40,617 nucleotides of DNA from Catajapyx aquilonaris (lineage: Eukaryota): positions 1 to 40,617 of the forward strand of contig JYFJ02003570.1 in the NCBI GenBank assembly GCA_000934665.2. The letters run 5' to 3'. Every line of letters starts with the position of its first letter. The first letter of the stretch is position 1. The notes beneath the pieces were generated by a model. The model was not told the DNA's origin. It worked only from the letters and a program-made list of their open reading frames with translations, and did no database searches. Both the position numbers and the translations under genes were made by a program. Positions 35,870 through 40,617 of this stretch are shown here, piece by piece.

Positions 35870-35985
35870 TTATAAATTAAGATGGAACGAATATTACCTT
35901 ATAAATTATGATGCAACAAATATTACCTTATAAATTAAGATGCAACAAATGTTACCTTATATATTAAGATGGAACAAATATTTTT
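35870..35985 (+). repeat. 29-bp minisatellite x4
   Basis: ttataaattaagatg(g/c)aacaaatattacc units, head to tail, with no spacers. Confidence 0.9.
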
Positions 35986-36049
35986 TTAATCTTTTCTCCC
36001 TGAGGCAAGATTCTTGCATAAATAACGAGCTAGTCCATCTGACACAAAT

Positions 36050-36850
36050 AATATACAATGAAGGTCTCTAACGAACTTATATTGATATCAAGACACCATA
36101 CTGTCACCTTGGCCCGACAAGCCTCCTCTGTCAAGATAACAATAAAGCATGCTAGTGGACCTTGTGACGGGGACTTGCCATTTTGGTCTCCTGACTTTGA
36201 AAAGGCTAAAGGCGAGGGTGAAAAAATAGCCAAGGAGAAATCCTTTCGCAATATGTAAGGTCGAGGACCTATGATTTTTGGGTCTGGCCTTAAATGGGAA
36301 TTTAAACAAGAAGAAAGTTAGGAGGCCAACAATGGTCACACACGATCATCTCATTAAGGTATTGGCACCACCTAACACGCAGGCAACATTTTATGACAAC
36401 TTCCTACTCTATTCACACTGTACTTTACAACATAGGTGTCGGCTAAATGACTTTGTTAGGAATGTCGAAGGTCAGAAGGAAAGGAACGGCAACCTTGATG
36501 AAGACCCGTCTCTTGGAGGTCTCTTTTTTTTCTGACTTAAGATTCGCATTCTTTGAGACCAACAGTTAGCTTGTGAGTCCCACCACATTGATGGACGAGG
36601 AACTGTGTCTGAATATGTGGCAAAACTTTCTATTTACCTGAAGAGGTTTTCCCAGGAAAGGAATGAAGTGCAGGTGTGGAGACCCCACCCCAGCAATCAT
36701 GCCCACCCCCTACGACCTGAGTCCCTGACCCAGAAAAGCGGCAAAGTCTGGGACGATGACTCCAATAGAAAGAGACTATGCAGACGCCCAGTCCAGTAGC
36801 TTCAAGTCGTAAGAGAAAGGTGGTATAGAAGACGAAGAAGAAGAAAAAAA
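36050..36850 (+). mobile_element. Degenerate LINE 3' fragment (RNase H-like remnant, CxCG knuckle, (GAA)n/A tail)
   Basis: Frameshifted pieces FWSPDFEKAKGEGEKIAK, KLSIYLKRF and KCRCGDPTPAIM resemble ORF2 C-termini of RNase H-bearing LINEs; ends gaagacgaagaagaagaaaaaaa. Confidence 0.4.
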
Positions 36851-37545
36851 GTTTCCAACTATCTTTCTTCCTTCCGTTGAGGGGGGCACTTGTGACCTAC
36901 TGACCACCTTAAAGTATTGACGCTAGGATGGATACCTGGATGGATTGGCAGGGATTTATTGCGGACCTGTTTTATGTCTGAATGTTCTGGGAGGTCTATT
37001 CACATCGCTTCTTTGTCTCGAAAGAGAAGTGATTAGGTCACCCACTTTCATTGTTGGATGCGGAAAGGTGGACTGAAGCGAATTGAAGCGACTGTTCGTA
37101 GTGGTTAGAGGGGGCTGGATGAAATTATTTGCTTGCTAGAGGCAATAATTTCTTGCGAAATTACATGATGTGATGAGTCTGCATGGTCATATACTACGTT
37201 GTTCCCACTATTAACCGACTGAGGAAAAAAGTTCCCAACACTTGAGAAAAAGCTATTTTCACTTAGGTAATCGTGTGAGTAAAAGAGTATCTTCAACAAG
37301 AGGGGAGGGGTATTTTTTAAGCTCCTGTAGTCTTGGAAGGGCCTAATGTGGGCCAATGGCGCGCGTCCTCATTGGCCCAAGCAGGGAAAAGGTGGATGAA
37401 CCAGTGGCGCCGACGAGTCTACCAAAACCCTTCAGGCTTCGTCCTACTCCTCCAAGTTTCATTCTCACTAGCTAATATCCATGCAAATAGTCCAAATCTG
37501 ACGTGTGCTCTCAATTGACAGTTGTATTTCTTCCATAGCGTCGTG

Positions 37546-37591
37546 CCGCGACCGTTGGCGACCGTTGGCGGACCGTTGACGACCGTTGACG
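37546..37591 (+). repeat. 10-bp tandem repeat (gaccgttg(g/a)c) x4
   Basis: gaccgttggcgaccgttggcggaccgttgacgaccgttgacg. Confidence 0.8.
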
Positions 37592-39738
37592 CCTGAGTTG
37601 GGACGCGCAATGACGGCCCGCTTAGTCCAACGCTATTTCCTCAAATTACAGGGTCTTAATACATCACATTCGGCCTAGCATTCCTAGATTGCGTCATGGG
37701 CCACTTACAGGATGTACAAAAAAATCTGACATAACCTAACTGTTCATTTTGCCAGTACGGCTCAGCCATCCTTTTGGAGGTTGTCAGCAAAGTGCCCTGA
37801 AGCCAACTAGTGATTGTCATTTGTTCTTATTCCCCGGTTCTTTTACCACAAAAAAAAATCCAATTTTCCGTTATGAAACTTTCAATTCCGTGTTAGAATC
37901 AACCTGTTTCCTACATCAAATAAAATTATGGTAATAATAGCTCACAGAATCCGGTCCTTGAGAAAGCGTTTGACCCATGATCCTTCATTGTGGATTACTC
38001 TCATTTGACCTGACAGGTCGACTCTAAAGTTCGCATGTGTGAAAAGATGCACGTCTATTTAGTCATCTAGATTCGTCCCACCCAATCTCCTTTCACCTGT
38101 TGGGTGGCCATACACCTGCTAGCTCAAGAGGCCATAGCCAATCTACACGCATTCATGCTTTCCGAATTTACCGCTTCAGGGACTTACGTAGGCCACTAAT
38201 GTCTGTGTAACTTGCCCGCAAAGTGTGTAAACTTATGAGATCCGCCCGTACCAATTCGCTGTTACGTGATCGCATAACCGATCTAGGTCGGTCGTAAATT
38301 ACTCGTCCGTGTAATCGGGTTATTTGGGAACGTTCAGATTTATTCGTTATTTTTTTTTTAGATTGAGAATTGGCGGGTGGGATAACACTTGTTACAGGGT
38401 GTAAACACAGGGTTTGCGGTTCCACTTTGATTAGACATCTGTGAACAGTTGAAGTTATTAATGAAAGCTTGTAATTTTCCAGGGAATTGCCTACTGACAC
38501 AGAAACTGTGAAATTCTGATGGGGTACAAATTATGGTGCCACAAATTGCTTTTATGTTACAGTAACTTTAGAAAAATGTTGGCTATAGTGCATGGTGTGT
38601 CATATCATTCGGCACCTCACATATGACCTGACCAACTTCCATGCAGGAAATTTGTATTTGTCCTTTCACCACTTTGTGTTATATATGCATACTTTTATAT
38701 ATATATATGAAAGTAGTCCATCCGGCAATGAACAAACTATTCCTAAACAAACGAGCCATGTTATGCGTAGAATCTGTTGTATTAATTTTTCAATATCTCA
38801 ATTAGGTGAAATTGATTTTAAAATTTCCAATAGTGGTTCCCCAAGTACATAACTCATTTCGAAGAGAAAAAAAAACATGCTTTCACTCGAGTCAGAAGGT
38901 TGAAAAGCCACAATTCAACCACCTATTCAAATTTTGGTTCACCTTTTGTTCAAACCGCCAAAACAACGTAGTTTCTAATTCACCCCCGTTTGTATATTTA
39001 AAAAAAAAAAAATGCAATACTCAGTACACCATGACCGACCATGACACTTCGACAAACCTCCGGACATGACCCGCAAATGAAGCGTTCATTTCCCAAAGCG
39101 ATGCTGTACCTGTCGAGGGAAAGTGCAATAGTTGATGGAATGATGATAGTCGCGGTATGTCCGTTTTCCCTAGAGGTCTTTACTAAAAGCGCTTTCACCT
39201 TTTCAGGGAGCGACGGACGGACGAACGAACGAAACGAAGATCCATTTCCGTGTCATCCAACCAATTTCCGTCATCCAAAAGCATTAATCTGATCCCCTCA
39301 TTTTTCCTTGGCATACTTTCTCATCAACCAGCAACAATGTGTGGGTTTATATCGTCATTTTTGACAATTAGGTATTTGATTGAAATGTCAAATGTCTTCC
39401 TGGCTGGACCGCAACGTGAAAAAGGTATAAATGACGGTTTCGAAAGTGAAACCGGCAGTGAAAATACGGCGAATCATGCACTAGACCAAATGGTGTGTTT
39501 AGTTTTCCTGTATGTTATTAAGGAACCCCACAATGCATGTTGGGACAGGTGGGCGGAAGTCTGAACGTCAAAATTTCGGGGTCAAGTGGGCAGGAAACGT
39601 ATGCCAAAATTATTCTTGTATTATTTTAGCATATGTAATACGGGACAAGGATAAAACCATGTACACATCAAAGTGGGAAAAATTTTCATCCGTTTGCGTC
39701 AGTTTGCATGTTGATAAATGTTAGAGAGGTTCTTGACG

Positions 39739-40048
39739 TAGTACGACGTAGGATGACCTTGCTCTCGACGTGAATCATGCAATTGAGCAATGGTCAGCAA
39801 GATTCGCTATATAGCTGCTGTTTTCCTGTTTTGAAATAATTTTTTTTTTGTAGAGATGGAAAATGTTCTCATGTAGTAGAGATAGATGANTAGTACGACG
39901 TAGGGTGACCTTGCTCTCGACGTGAATCATACAATTGAGCAATGGTCAGAAAGATTCGCTATATAGCTGCTGTTTTCCGGTTTTGAAATATATATATATA
40001 TTTTTTTTGTAGAGATGGAAAATGTTCTCATGTAGTAGAGATAGATGA
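39739..40048. repeat. ~150-bp direct duplication across a 1-n gap; likely uncollapsed haplotypes
   Basis: 39739-39889 versus 39891-40048, n at 39890; a few SNPs and a (TA)n indel differ. Confidence 0.85.
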
Positions 40049-40617
40049 CTAGGAGAAATATTCATCATCCTGTCGCATCCTTTACGATTGCGATCATCCG
40101 CTTCGTACAGATGTATATGTGACTCAGCATACGTGGTTAGTAAAAGTTTTCAAATAACTACTAACAAAAGTTGCTGATGTCATAACAACACAATTGTTTA
40201 AAAATGCATAATTGATACTTTTTACATCCTTGAAATAATGGGCCGGAGCTGCCAATTTGAGTGGAATAAGTTTACTGCTCAAAATTACAAAGTTGTACCA
40301 TGATGAGGTCAAGAGGTAACATAGACCTTCCCCAGACATGTTTTCAGGTTCCAGATGCCCTTACGAGTTGTAATAAACCAGGTGGAAAGCCATCACAGTA
40401 ACTTAACTTTTGAAAAAACACATGAAGACAACGTTTTATGGCTGGTAGCACCTTATTTAAGTAAAGATTTCGAACCATTTGGCTGCTAGTAATTCATACT
40501 TCCAAGCCCATATTTATCATGAGAAAATTCAAGGCCCAATAGTTGGGTGCTTTTTTTCTCTCTGTCTGGGTAGGGGGCACTAACAAGGAGAATCTTGAGA
40601 GCAAGAGATGCTGTGTT

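Noticed and set aside
35870..35985. CRISPR-like 29-bp repeats
   Set aside because: No spacers and no cas genes; a plain minisatellite.

Overview
Eukaryotic, probably invertebrate (arthropod-like), genomic DNA with GT-AG introns, dense non-autonomous transposons and four assembly gaps. No prokaryotic features or CRISPR arrays are present. Four protein-coding genes are supported. (1) A divergent single-RRM RNA-binding protein on the minus strand, hidden across small exons at ~4622-1393 and only partly visible in the ORF track. (2) Mitochondrial 3-oxoacyl-ACP synthase OXSM (minus strand, two coding exons, ~450 aa). (3) A HIRIP3-like CHZ-domain histone chaperone (plus strand, four coding exons, ~534 aa), head-to-head with OXSM. 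(4) An intronless 458-aa protein with a split PTB/PID domain and a C-terminal PP1-docking-like module. The region 5.5-10.3 kb is a multi-level transposon nest (Helitron > TA-flanked MITE > hAT-like MITE > MITE > Tourist-like MITE, plus tRNA-derived SINEs). SINEs with different heads share one 3' tail. Two n-joined duplications look like uncollapsed haplotypes, and one of them captures a SINE presence/absence polymorphism. All family assignments come from motif recognition by eye; no database search was run.
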